DNA of 64,000 nt from Nemertoderma westbladi (taxonomy: Eukaryota > Animalia > Xenacoelomorpha). Shown here piece after piece: positions 22,686-32,857 of this stretch. The translations under genes and the position numbers were made by a program. The stretch spans positions 29,337-93,336 of the forward strand of contig JAUCBJ010000865.1 of the NCBI GenBank assembly GCA_032718475.1, given 5' to 3'. The stretch's first letter is position 1, and every line of letters begins with the position of its first letter. Below the pieces are notes generated by a model, which saw nothing but the letters and a program-made list of their open reading frames with translations, was not told where the DNA came from and did not search any database.

Positions 22686-25600
22686 CTTCTAACCACTGAC
22701 CAACTGAAGGGATTCAGTGTAATCCCGATTAAGATCACTGGCACAAAGGGGAGTAAGAGGATCTACGCGATTCTAGATTCAGCCTCATCTCACAGTTACG
22801 TGGATGAAAAGATAGCTGACGTCGTAACGGATCTCAGACAAGGTAAACACGTCAGTTATACAGTAAGTAGTATGCACGGCCAGCGTGCAATACCAGTGAC
22901 ACGAGTTAAGTTGGACTTAGACTCTCTTCTTCCAAAATCGCAACACAGCGAGAGGGAGAGGTCTTTGTTGCCCTTTAGAGATTTAACCTTTGCGGCCACG
23001 AAGGACTTTAGTAACCTACTAGGTCCAGTGCCGGAACAATCTCTGGAGGACCGTAAGTATTTCAGACACCTTGGTGTACCCGAATGTCCTGTCAATTATA
23101 GATCGGTAGCAATGCTGATCGGGACGGACCAATTCAACCTACATCAGGTGTGGGAAACCAGACCATCGGCAGTTGTAGCAGGAAACGCATACGCCTGCAG
23201 AACGCCGATAGGGTGGTATACTCGAGCGCCTGTGCGCACACTAGACGTAAGTGACGAGGAAGACGATGTACAGAGTACATGCAGTTTATTAACTACAAAC
23301 TCAATTCATTCCTTTTCACACGACGTGAACCATACTACACTACAGTCGACAAAACATGACAGACGTGTAACTAGTATGATAAGTCACAAGGAGCAGCTAA
23401 CCCACCAGGTGAGTTTAGAACTTGGGGAGAAGACGAATCAGCTAGAGATTCCATCGACGACAGATGATAGGCTTGCGAGTCTACCTACCCCAATAACCTC
23501 AACAGTGCCCGTCGATATCGACGATGACGCGTTGAAAATTCATCAGTTGGAACAAGCCGCCTTGGACAAAGAATTAACGGAGAAGACTATCAGGTGGTTA
23601 GAACAAGATACAGCTGAACCTGGTAGCTACGAACCTTGTATGTCGGAACAGGAGAAACAATCTCTGAAGATCATGGAAGAGACTATCCGACAGACGGAGG
23701 ACGGACATTACGAGGTGGGTATGTTATGGCGTAGCCAAAGTCCTAAACTTATAAATAACTACCCACTGGCTTTAAGACGTCTACACTCAATACGACAACG
23801 TCTATTAAAAGACGAGAAAGCCCATCTGCAGTACAACACTCAGATGGAGACGTATTTGACTGAAGGATACGCTATCCGAATGACTAACCCGGAGCGAGTG
23901 ACCGACCAGACATACTACCTGCCACATCACTATGTGAGACACCCCGACAAACCAGATAAAGTACGCGTAGTCAATGACTGTGCGGCTCTATTTGAGGGAA
24001 TGTCCCTCAATAGTGAGTTGATGGATGGACCGAACATGAATAATTATCTTATGGGGGTGATTATGCGCTTCTGTCAGCGTCAAGTAGCCTTTACTTGCGA
24101 CGTTGAAGCGATGTTTCACCAAGTAAAAGCGTTAGAGCGAGACAGAGACAGTTTGCGGTTTCTCTGGTATCCGGAAGGGGACTTGAGTCTACCACCAGCG
24201 ACTTACCAAATGCAAGTTCGCGTTTTCGGTGCCAGAGACAGCCCAAATTGTACGATGTACGCCTTGAAGCAAGCCGCTAGAGATCAGAAACATCTGTATG
24301 ACCCAGAGATAATTAGAATTGTAGAACGTGACTTTTACGTTGATGACGGATTACAGAGTTGCGACACAGTAGAACGTGCTACAACAGTAGCACATCAATT
24401 ACGGGACTGCTTGGCGGGCGGAGGTTTTAACCTCACCAAATTCGCCTCAAACAGTGCCGAATTAGTTGACTCATTCGGAACTACTGAGCGTGGAGGTGGT
24501 GACATAGACCTAGAGTTCGAACCACTACCGACGACTAAGGTGTTGGGACTCTTTTGGGACCCAAACACAGACAACTTTCGAGTGAAGGTGAGACTGGACA
24601 GTCAAGGGAACACGCTGACCAAGAGATCATGCTTGTCAAAATTGAGCCGATTGTTCGATCCGTTAGGATTCATCAGTCCAGTGATACTGCAAGCCCGCAT
24701 TTATATGCGCAGTATATGGAAAGATGGACTAACATGGGACGAGCCGATCTCATCAGACCAAGTGGACTTATGGAAGACCTGGGAGGCGGAATTATCTTCG
24801 CTAGAGGATTATTTCATACCCAGGGTTTACTTTCCATTACAGAGTACATTTCCTGACAACTTGGAACCACACTGTTTTTCTGACGCCAGTGACAACGGTT
24901 TTTGTGTGGCAGCGTATTTGCGCAGACAAGTAGAATCGGACGAGTTCGATGTTTCGCTCATTACTTCTAAGGCTAAGACCATGCCTACTAAGTATATGAC
25001 GACACCACGAGCCGAGCTACAAGCCGCGACCCTGTCAACCACCATCGTGAACCTCATACAGACAGAACTACAGTCGAGTTTACAGATATTTTATTGGACT
25101 GACGCGACGTTGGTTTTATTTTACATAAACAACGACACACTCGAATTCAAGACATTCGTAGCTAACCGTCGCGCGGAAATTCTAGACCGATCAATAAAAG
25201 AGGATTGGCGACATTGTCCCGGACCACAAAACCCAGCTGATATTGCGTCGCGAGGAATGATGCCTGAGGAATTCTGTAAACCGGAGAACAAAGAGTTTTG
25301 GCAACACGGACCCCAGTTCTTGCAGAAATCGACACAAGATTGGCCTCCGTTATACGACAACAAGTCCAACACCATTCCTAAGGACGCCGAAATCAAGAAA
25401 CCAAAAAAGGGGAAGACAAAGAAAAGGACGACAGCGACTAAACTCAAGAAAAAACCGAAGGCGAAATGGAAGGATATAACTTCAAAGGTTAAGAGAGGAA
25501 GACTTGCGAGCCTTTCTAAACCAGACATATCGCCAGACGGTCAACCAGATACGTTACCAGACGTATCGCCAGACACATTACTAGACAGTCGACTAGACAC

Positions 25601-27569
25601 TAGTAACGTACTGACGAATAATAAAGCCGCAGTTTCCCTATTGGAGCGGCCTTGTATTGACAAACTACCAATTTTGACGCACTTGAGCAACCATAAGCAT
25701 GGTGAAACCTCATGTATTACAGATGTGGGTAGTACCTACGCTAATGTAAATACAGGTGTTACTTTGCGCTCAAGAGACATACCGAACTTACAACCTATAG
25801 TGAGACCTGGGATTAATGTCGGCAGGAAAATAAGTTTACCGAAACCTGCTGACCCCATAGAGTTCAAACCACCATTAACGATCGACTTACAAAGTACCGA
25901 CAATCAAGGTAAGAGGACAAAGGGGGACAAATTACTTGTAGACCCGGACGGATCAACAGTCAACAAGGGAATACTTACCGGCGGACCCGTGGGCCCTTCT
26001 AGTAATTCAAAACCTTCCAAGTTCTCCATTGACTTACCTGATGACGTCACAAATACTTACGTCGACCGTATCGTAAACTTAACAGACTCTTGGTCAAACG
26101 CTTGCCGAAAATTAGCGTGGATTGTACGTTTCGTACAATACGTTAAAGGCAAACGAGACTTTACACGTCGACTTACATTGGCTGAGATTGACAGGTGTGA
26201 GATTAAATTAATTCGCCATTACCAACTGCGATATTTCGCGCGCGAATTCACATCTATAAATCAAGGTCAACCAATCAAGTCGTCACCGATACTGAGTTGG
26301 AGTCCGATTATTTATAATGGCTTGATTTGTCATAAATCTCGGCTTCAAAACATTGACTTTAACACGAACTTTAGGTACCCAATAATAATACCGCAACACC
26401 ACGAACTACAACGTGCAATGATATTGGACGCACATTTACATCTGAAACACGCTGGAAGACATCACTGTCTTTCCTACTTACGTACTAGATTTGTATTAAT
26501 TAGACCCAGTAAAGCATTAAGTTCCGTGACACGTACGTGTATTATTTGTAAAAAGGTACATTCTAGAATAGGTACCCAAGAAATGAGTGAACTACCACAA
26601 GCACGACTTCAAGCATTCAAACCACCTTTTACAGAGACTGGAATTGATTGCTTTGGTCCCATACATACGAAACGTGGACGTATACTAGTAAAACGCTGGG
26701 GACTGATTTTCACATGTATGTCCAGTAGGGCAGTTCACATTGAACGTGTGATGGATCTTTCCACCAACGCGTTTATACTAGCACTGCGGCGATTTATCGC
26801 TAGACGCGGACTAGTAAAATGCTTGTACTCAGACCAAGGGACAAACTTTGTTGGTGCTCGGAATGAAATTGCCAGAGCCTTTAAGAAATTAGATCATGAT
26901 CAAATCTCAAACGAACTGCAACCTCACAAGATTGTTTGGAAGTTCAATCCTCCAGATAGTCCTTGGAGAGGCGGAGTCTGGGAGAGACTGATTAGATCTA
27001 TAAAGACAGCAATGGCAAAGGTCATTCCAGTAAACCACATATTAACAGACGACCAACTGACAACATTGTTTGTTGAAATCGAGGCAATACTAAATACTAG
27101 ACCAATAGTATTAGTACCCGATGACAAACAATCTCAGTTTGCTTTGACACCGGCACACCTGCTAATGCAGGCACCGACCACATTGACGCCGATTTCCATT
27201 CCAATGGAAAGCGATAGCTACGGTAGAAAAGCGTGGAAAATCACGCAACTACTAGCTAACAAATTCTGGGAAATATGGCAAAACCATTATTTGCCCTCTA
27301 TTTCTGCCAGAACAACTTGGTACAATAACACCCGCGCATTAAAGCCGGGAGATCACGTGCTGTTGGCAGAAGTGAATCTAAAAAGACGCTTCTGGATAAC
27401 AGGTGTCATTTTAGCCACACATCCATCTATGGATGGAGTGACAAGAACTGTGACAGTACGGACAATTGACGGTCGTACAGTAGACAGACCGACTCAACGT
27501 CTCGTACTTCTTGAAGAGACTCGTAACGAGTCTGGAGACTACAAATCTCCACCTAATACTAATAAATAA
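22686..27569 (+). CDS. pol: E1 Pol (aspartic protease, RT, RNase H, integrase); predicted second exon of Gag-Pol
   Basis: Motifs AILDSAS, FYVDD, FSDAS, NPADIASRG, HHCC, GIDCFGP, SDQGTNF and GGVWERL. There is no in-frame ATG before the protease active site. Confidence 0.92.
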   Translation, partial: LLTTDQLKGFSVIPIKITGTKGSKRIYAILDSASSHSYVDEKIADVVTDLRQGKHVSYTVSSMHGQRAIPVTRVKLDLDSLLPKSQHSERERSLLPFRDLTFAATKDFSNLLGPVPEQSLEDRKYFRHLGVPECPVNYRSVAMLIGTDQFNLHQVWETRPSAVVAGNAYACRTPIGWYTRAPVRTLDVSDEEDDVQSTCSLLTTNSIHSFSHDVNHTTLQSTKHDRRVTSMISHKEQLTHQVSLELGEKTNQLEIPSTTDDRLASLPTPITSTVPVDIDDDALKIHQLEQAALDKELTEKTIRWLEQDTAEPGSYEPCMSEQEKQSLKIMEETIRQTEDGHYEVGMLWRSQSPKLINNYPLALRRLHSIRQRLLKDEKAHLQYNTQMETYLTEGYAIRMTNPERVTDQTYYLPHHYVRHPDKPDKVRVVNDCAALFEGMSLNSELMDGPNMNNYLMGVIMRFCQRQVAFTCDVEAMFHQVKALERDRDSLRFLWYPEGDLSLPPATYQMQVRVFGARDSPNCTMYALKQAARDQKHLYDPEIIRIVERDFYVDDGLQSCDTVERATTVAHQLRDCLAGGGFNLTKFASNSAELVDSFGTTERGGGDIDLEFEPLPTTKVLGLFWDPNTDNFRVKVRLDSQGNTLTKRSCLSKLSRLFDPLGFISPVILQARIYMRSIWKDGLTWDEPISSDQVDLWKTWEAELSSLEDYFIPRVYFPLQSTFPDNLEPHCFSDASDNGFCVAAYLRRQVESDEFDVSLITSKAKTMPTKYMTTPRAELQAATLSTTIVNLIQTELQSSLQIFYWTDATLVLFYINNDTLEFKTFVANRRAEILDRSIKEDWRHCPGPQNPADIASRGMMPEEFCKPENKEFWQHGPQFLQKSTQDWPPLYDNKSNTIPKDAEIKKPKKGKTKKRTTATKLKKKPKAKWKDITSKVKRGRLASLSKPDISPDGQPDTLPDVSPDTLLDSRLDTSNVLTNNKAAVSLLERPCIDKLPILTHLSNHKHGETSCITDVGSTYANVNTGVTLRSRDIPNLQPIVRPGINVGRKISLPKPADPIEFKPPLTIDLQSTDNQGKRTKGDKLLVDPDGSTVNKGILTGGPVGPSSNSKPSKFSIDLPDDVTNTYVDRIVNLTDSWSNACRKLAWIVRFVQYVKGKRDFTRRLTLAEIDRCEIKLIRHYQLRYFAREFTSINQGQPIKSSPILSWSPIIYNGLICHKSRLQNIDFNTNFRYPIIIPQHHELQRAMILDAHLHLKHAGRHHCLSYLRTRFVLIRPSKALSSVTRTCIICKKVHSRIGTQEMSELPQARLQAFKPPFTETGIDCFGPIHTKRGRILVKRWGLIFTCMSSRAVHIERVMDLSTNAFILALRRFIARRGLVKCLYSDQGTNFVGARNEIARAFKKLDHDQISNELQPHKIVWKFNPPDSPWRGGVWERLIRSIKTAMAKVIPVNHILTDDQLTTLFVEIEAILNTRPIVLVPDDKQSQFALTPAHLLMQAPTTLTPISIPMESDSYGRKAWKITQLLANKFWEIWQNHYLPSISARTTWYNNTRALKPGDHVLLAEVNLKRRFWITGVILATHPSMDGVTRTVTVRTIDGRTVDRPTQRLVLLEETRNESGDYKSPPNTNK

Positions 27570-28225
27570 TTAGGAGTTTACAAATAGATTTCCACGTACC
27601 TGTACACCGTAGTAAGGACAGCGGTAGATTTCCATTGTCTTTATATGTGAACATTGAGGGTAGTACCCTTATGTGTCACATAGGAGCGGGATTTGTAGGT
27701 ATAAGAAATGGAATTCTACTTGGAACTCACAATATTGAGACATTTTCGAAATTTTAGACAATCCATTTGGATTTGAAAATTTTTAAAATTTTCTCCAGTG
27801 AATAGATTTCAGGGTACAGTCGGGTGGAACTTAAAATTAGAGAAACAAGAGAGGAAGACTTGCGAGCCTTTCTTAAAATTTTAATTAAATTTTACACGGT
27901 CTTGTTTCAATAAGTTACGTCAAAATAGACTCCCCTATATTTATTACTAATTCTTGATTGCTTATTTTCTGATAATAGTTTGGGATCAAAAAGTGAGTAT
28001 TTTAGACTCACAGCCAGTTTAGCCCAAATTCGTTTTACTTCGGCAAAAAATTTTAGATAAGAAGCAGCGTGTCATTAAAGAAACCCTAGATCTTAGGCTA
28101 TGGGTAGGAGGTTAGAGCGTTGTCGAGCCCAAAGGGCAGACGAAACTCTCACGTCTCCTCACAACTAACTACAAACTCTGTTGTATTCCCTCTAGTAGTA
28201 ATGATTATGTAACTACACCCTAATT

Positions 28226-31200
28226 ATGGAGAAAGGGATACAAGGAGAGCCGAGATGGGGATATGATATCCAAGAGGAGGCAGCAGCGCCATTCGAAAGA
28301 TTTGGAGCCAAGGATTACACTATATTTGGTATAAAAGAATTATCGGAAAGTACAGCGAAACTCGCGAGAACTAAATATGACTCGAATGTATTAAAGAGAA
28401 GGCAAAACGCATTAAACGAAAGAATCGAAAGTTTGCGCCAAACCTTCAACGAACTTTACCCGTACGATGCTTTGTGTGATACGGGAGACATTAGCGAAGA
28501 CCCCGATACTGAAATTAGTCGTTTGTATCATACCATGCAATACCTAAAGGCGCACGAACCTATGCCCGCGGTACGCGATGAATTCGATGGAATGCATCTT
28601 TACAGACGAACTCGAGGGGACGATAGAGAAACCAAGGAAGCATTTTCAGTTTATAAACTTTATTATCAATGCGGTTCTTGTATGCGCGAACAACGAAATG
28701 CGATTCCGATGCGTTTGAATAAGGAAAATCCCGAACCGATATTGGCGAGGTGTTCGAATCATCAACAACTACGCTACCAGGAAGGAGGGTATCCTTTATC
28801 AAATCCATATCATTCATTTGCTATGACCGGACCAAAGGCGGGAGAAACTGTCATTTACCCACCTAAGGTTGTTGAACCCGATGTATTTGAACTTACGCTG
28901 GACGAGGCGAATCAGTCAACCCGCGAAAAGAAAGAAGCTCTTAGCCTATACAGAGCCTACAAGGCTTTCGAGAAAGGTGAGATGGAAGAATGGGGTGGAA
29001 GACTCGCGAGCCTACCTTGCCATTGGACGTCACACGATCAAACTTCAGCTAAGGAGATGACACCGGAAGTTTTCGAGAGCATAAACTTTGCTCAAAACGT
29101 TATTCAGAGACTACAGATTGCATCCCCGGAGAGGCCAAGAGAAATGCAACCGTATAGTACTTCAGCTACGAAACCATTGAGTACGACACTCAATTTCCCT
29201 ATTAGTATACCAGTCCGACAGGATACGACGTACGAAATACCCATCGTGGATCATCCAGAAATCATTTCAAACTTGGAGTTTCTTCCTGCAGTTGTTTTCA
29301 GCGATATGAGTAAGATATATGATTTACGTAGACATATTACTCAAAAGGTCGTGAACAACGTTCCACCTCATATCCAAGATTTTAAGGAACTGGATAGAGC
29401 TGGTGCCGACATAGCTCCGAGTAATCTGAAAGGATATCTAACCAAGACGATTCGTTTATGGATTGGAATCGGAACCTTCGAGTCGGATACAGATATTGCC
29501 GCAGATTGGCGAGGTAAGGTTATTCGTTTCGATGAGGATAAGGATATAGAGAAGATTTGGCAACCTTCGGAAGAATTGTTGGACGAATGGACTAGGACGT
29601 TTAGATCGTTTCAGGAAAACGGTTATATGTTTTACGATAACGAGGGCGGCAGTCATCAGCAGAGTTTGACTTCTAAGACTATACAGATTAGAGCGGCGGA
29701 CGGAGTTCTGCACGTTTTCAGTAGACAGAGGAGCGACAAACGAATGCCGATACCTCCAGCGAATACAAAGCGACACCATCTTATCACCGATATAGTAAAG
29801 AAGATGGACCAAGCTTGTAATATTGACGCTAGAATGCTACCGAAGATGGTAAGAAACATGATTTTAGATAAAACTGTTGTAAAGGTTGGATCAGGAGTAA
29901 GGGAGGATTTAATTAGCGACTTCGCCGGCATGACGGACAGCGATGACCGACTACCGACACCATACGTCGACACTCGACCTCTTATTCTGTGGTCTATAGA
30001 ACAGGGATATTTTCGTGAGTATAATACTCAGAAGACTGGAACTGGATACATTTCCTACCTGTTATTCAATTGGGATTATAAGGAAGGTAAAAGAAACAAG
30101 TATATTGAAACTTATGGAGAAGGTGATACTCCAGATATGAGTGAGTTTGAATCACAGCTTAAATGGAGAGGGTGCGTGTATTGGGCTATTACGTCACCTC
30201 CAAGAGCGGTCTTACAATATTATTTAGCAATAGAGTCGTCAGTGAATGTTTGCCTAATCGCCGACATCGTGTCTCGGACTCTCAAAAGACATCCACTTTG
30301 TCTCGGAGAAGATCATACGTTCTACATGGAAGGGAGAATTCGTACCGACGTGTTTAGACGATTCCTTGAACCCTTCTACAACTCCGACGCTCAGTGTAAT
30401 GCCTTTACTCGAGCAGGATTTAGTATATTTCGAGACGTGTATCTTCGCTGTGCGGGATCTCTTATCGAAAGACCATCTATGTTTACATTGTTACCCTATG
30501 AAGGAGAACGTATTGTGGAAATTACGGATGAATCACGGCAGACGCGCGCGCCTATCGGTCACCTCGGTGATGATTTCAACGTAACTACTACGATCGCCGA
30601 CGATCCTTTAGAGGAACTTCTTGAAATAGAAAGGAACCTCCCGAAGAAATCTCAGACGGAGATTCGACAACTTGAAGCAACAGATGCTATAGTTTGTATA
30701 CAACCTTCAGAAACCTACCAACCCATAGACCCAGATGATTACGATTATAGTATGGGAGGAAGCGCTCGACCGATTGGAGATCTTATATACGAACGAGTGT
30801 GGTACCCTGCTAATACGATGTGTAGTAAATGTGGCGTCGCTGGACATCATATGGCAAAGTGCAGTGGAAAGCACATTACTACGACTCAGCTAATCTGTGG
30901 ATGGTGTGGGGATCAAGGGTCTCATACCTTTTATACTTGCTGGAGATTTATGGCTCAATGTACTTATTGCAATATAAAGGGACATCGAGCATCTGAATGC
31001 CAACTAAGAGACATACCTTATGAACACGAATCTGTAAAACTCGTGAGGAAGTTATTTGATGAGTGGGAAGATTTAGCCGATGAACATGTATCAGCACAAA
31101 GAAGACGGTTTCCGATGAGAGCGCATCTCGGATTTTGGGCGGTAAATCCCCAGACGATGATGTCGGAAGGATATATCTCCGCTATGCCCCAATATGACGA

Positions 31201-31951
31201 ACTTATCGAGGTTGTCGATATTTTGCCCCACGACAGCGGATTCCGAGTGGTGCGAGAGTATCTGTTACAGATTCACCCAGATAACAAAAACACGTGGAAT
31301 TTTCAGAAAGTCGTTAATCGGATTACGTATGGTGAATTCGATCGTTTCCGAACTGAAAAGCGGAACAAGGGAGCTTGGTTAACCGTCGCATGGGCGTACC
31401 GGGCCGCGTTTTACCACAAACGTATACGAGCGAGCGTATTCGAGGAAGAAGAGGTCCTAGAGGCGACGAATATACCAGCCACTCCGGTTGCGCCGTCTGC
31501 ACGTCACCCTCGGGAGGACGGGCAGGGTAGGATCATACGGGTCCAGAAAGTGGGCCAACAATTGAAGAAAATTATTAATGTAGAAGAACGCAAGGGAGTT
31601 GAGCCGACTATTCGAGTTACTCGGGATACGGTATCACTTCCAAGAGAACCGGTAGGAGGATCGGGACATACACCAGCTGATCAACAGGGGGCGCAAGCTA
31701 CTCTTGGGTCTGCGTCGTCCGCTTCTCACGCGTTCCCAGACGTTCTACCAACTGTAGTGACGACTGATCGGTCACGAGGAATTGGTCGAGGTTTTGGGAT
31801 GCCAAATAGACGAATTTGCGAGGAAATAGTTGCACCGTCTCTCAACGTCCCAAGTAAACCAGTGACTCGCCCCATTAGTCCCATATCGCGAGCAAAGTCA
31901 CCTGTGCGCAGTTTTCGAGGACGCGGCAGGGCTCGATCAACTAAGCGATAA
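28226..31951 (+). CDS. E1 ORF3: DEDD 3'-5' exonuclease (WRN/EXD-like) with three zinc knuckles and a basic tail
   Basis: ExoI FYDNE, ExoII KVGSGVREDL, YVDTR and ExoIII-like YYLAIE. Knuckles CSKC..GH..C, CGWC..H..C and CTYC..GH..C. No signal peptide or TM segment seen. Confidence 0.75.
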   Translation: MEKGIQGEPRWGYDIQEEAAAPFERFGAKDYTIFGIKELSESTAKLARTKYDSNVLKRRQNALNERIESLRQTFNELYPYDALCDTGDISEDPDTEISRLYHTMQYLKAHEPMPAVRDEFDGMHLYRRTRGDDRETKEAFSVYKLYYQCGSCMREQRNAIPMRLNKENPEPILARCSNHQQLRYQEGGYPLSNPYHSFAMTGPKAGETVIYPPKVVEPDVFELTLDEANQSTREKKEALSLYRAYKAFEKGEMEEWGGRLASLPCHWTSHDQTSAKEMTPEVFESINFAQNVIQRLQIASPERPREMQPYSTSATKPLSTTLNFPISIPVRQDTTYEIPIVDHPEIISNLEFLPAVVFSDMSKIYDLRRHITQKVVNNVPPHIQDFKELDRAGADIAPSNLKGYLTKTIRLWIGIGTFESDTDIAADWRGKVIRFDEDKDIEKIWQPSEELLDEWTRTFRSFQENGYMFYDNEGGSHQQSLTSKTIQIRAADGVLHVFSRQRSDKRMPIPPANTKRHHLITDIVKKMDQACNIDARMLPKMVRNMILDKTVVKVGSGVREDLISDFAGMTDSDDRLPTPYVDTRPLILWSIEQGYFREYNTQKTGTGYISYLLFNWDYKEGKRNKYIETYGEGDTPDMSEFESQLKWRGCVYWAITSPPRAVLQYYLAIESSVNVCLIADIVSRTLKRHPLCLGEDHTFYMEGRIRTDVFRRFLEPFYNSDAQCNAFTRAGFSIFRDVYLRCAGSLIERPSMFTLLPYEGERIVEITDESRQTRAPIGHLGDDFNVTTTIADDPLEELLEIERNLPKKSQTEIRQLEATDAIVCIQPSETYQPIDPDDYDYSMGGSARPIGDLIYERVWYPANTMCSKCGVAGHHMAKCSGKHITTTQLICGWCGDQGSHTFYTCWRFMAQCTYCNIKGHRASECQLRDIPYEHESVKLVRKLFDEWEDLADEHVSAQRRRFPMRAHLGFWAVNPQTMMSEGYISAMPQYDELIEVVDILPHDSGFRVVREYLLQIHPDNKNTWNFQKVVNRITYGEFDRFRTEKRNKGAWLTVAWAYRAAFYHKRIRASVFEEEEVLEATNIPATPVAPSARHPREDGQGRIIRVQKVGQQLKKIINVEERKGVEPTIRVTRDTVSLPREPVGGSGHTPADQQGAQATLGSASSASHAFPDVLPTVVTTDRSRGIGRGFGMPNRRICEEIVAPSLNVPSKPVTRPISPISRAKSPVRSFRGRGRARSTKR

Positions 31952-32842
31952 AAGGGAGGGCAAGGGTGGACGGAAGACTCGTGAGCCTTTCTTATGATTT
32001 GTGATTTATTTGAATTATATGTTTTATATTTAGAAAGTTTTGTATTCTGAAAGGGACTCATATTTAGTAAAAACTTATATTTTATATTTGTGCTTATTCC
32101 AAACTTATGCAATTTGTATTGTTCCGAATTTATGAAATTTAGAAAGTTTAGAAGGAACTTATATTTGAAAGATTTATGTTTCATATTTGAGATGCAAAGG
32201 TTTATATTATTCTAAACTTATGCAGTTTATATCTATATTTAGTAAGACTACCCAAAAGAGAGTTTATATTTGTAAGAATTTATATTTATATTTGTAATTA
32301 TTCCGAACTTATACAATTTATATTATTCCAAACTTATGCAATTTGTATTGTTCCGAATATTATGCAATTTATATTTTATAAGTAGTATTTGTACCTAAAG
32401 AGAAAGTTTTATAGACAGAAAATTTTGTGCTCAGAAAGACTCATATTTGTAATTATTCCAAACTTATGCAATCTACATTTAGGTACGAAAGTATTTGTAA
32501 TTACTTGAATTTATGCAATATTTGGGATGCAATAGTAGATGGAAGACTCGCGAGCCTTTCTTATTGTTTTCATTTATTTGTATTTGTAATTGTTTGAATT
32601 TATGCAATATTTGAGATTCAATAGATTTATATTGGTGAATTTAATTTAGATTTATATTGTACTTACTTAGTAAAACCTTAAATACGTAAAGTTTGAATTT
32701 GTAATTATTTTTGTATCGAATCATTACGTAGAAAGGAAGTATTGTTTGAAACTTAATTGTAAATATGTAAGTACGCCCTAAGTATTCTATAGTTTGATTG
32801 ATTATTGGTGAAAACCGTATATTTTATGCACGATAATATCCT

Positions 32843-32857
32843 GTTTTCATGGAGCGG
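32843..32857 (+). promoter_or_regulatory. E1 polypurine-tract-like site
   Basis: TTTTCATGGAGCGG abuts the 3' LTR. E2 and E4 have TTTTCTGGGAGCGG at the same position. Confidence 0.7.

Noticed and set aside
21476-22710. Spliceosomal intron joining gag and pol via GAG|GTGAG
   Set aside because: There is no polypyrimidine tract or convincing in-frame AG before the protease, and the group I core explains the region much better.
28226-31951. Envelope glycoprotein
   Set aside because: No signal peptide or transmembrane anchor; nuclease and knuckle motifs are present instead.
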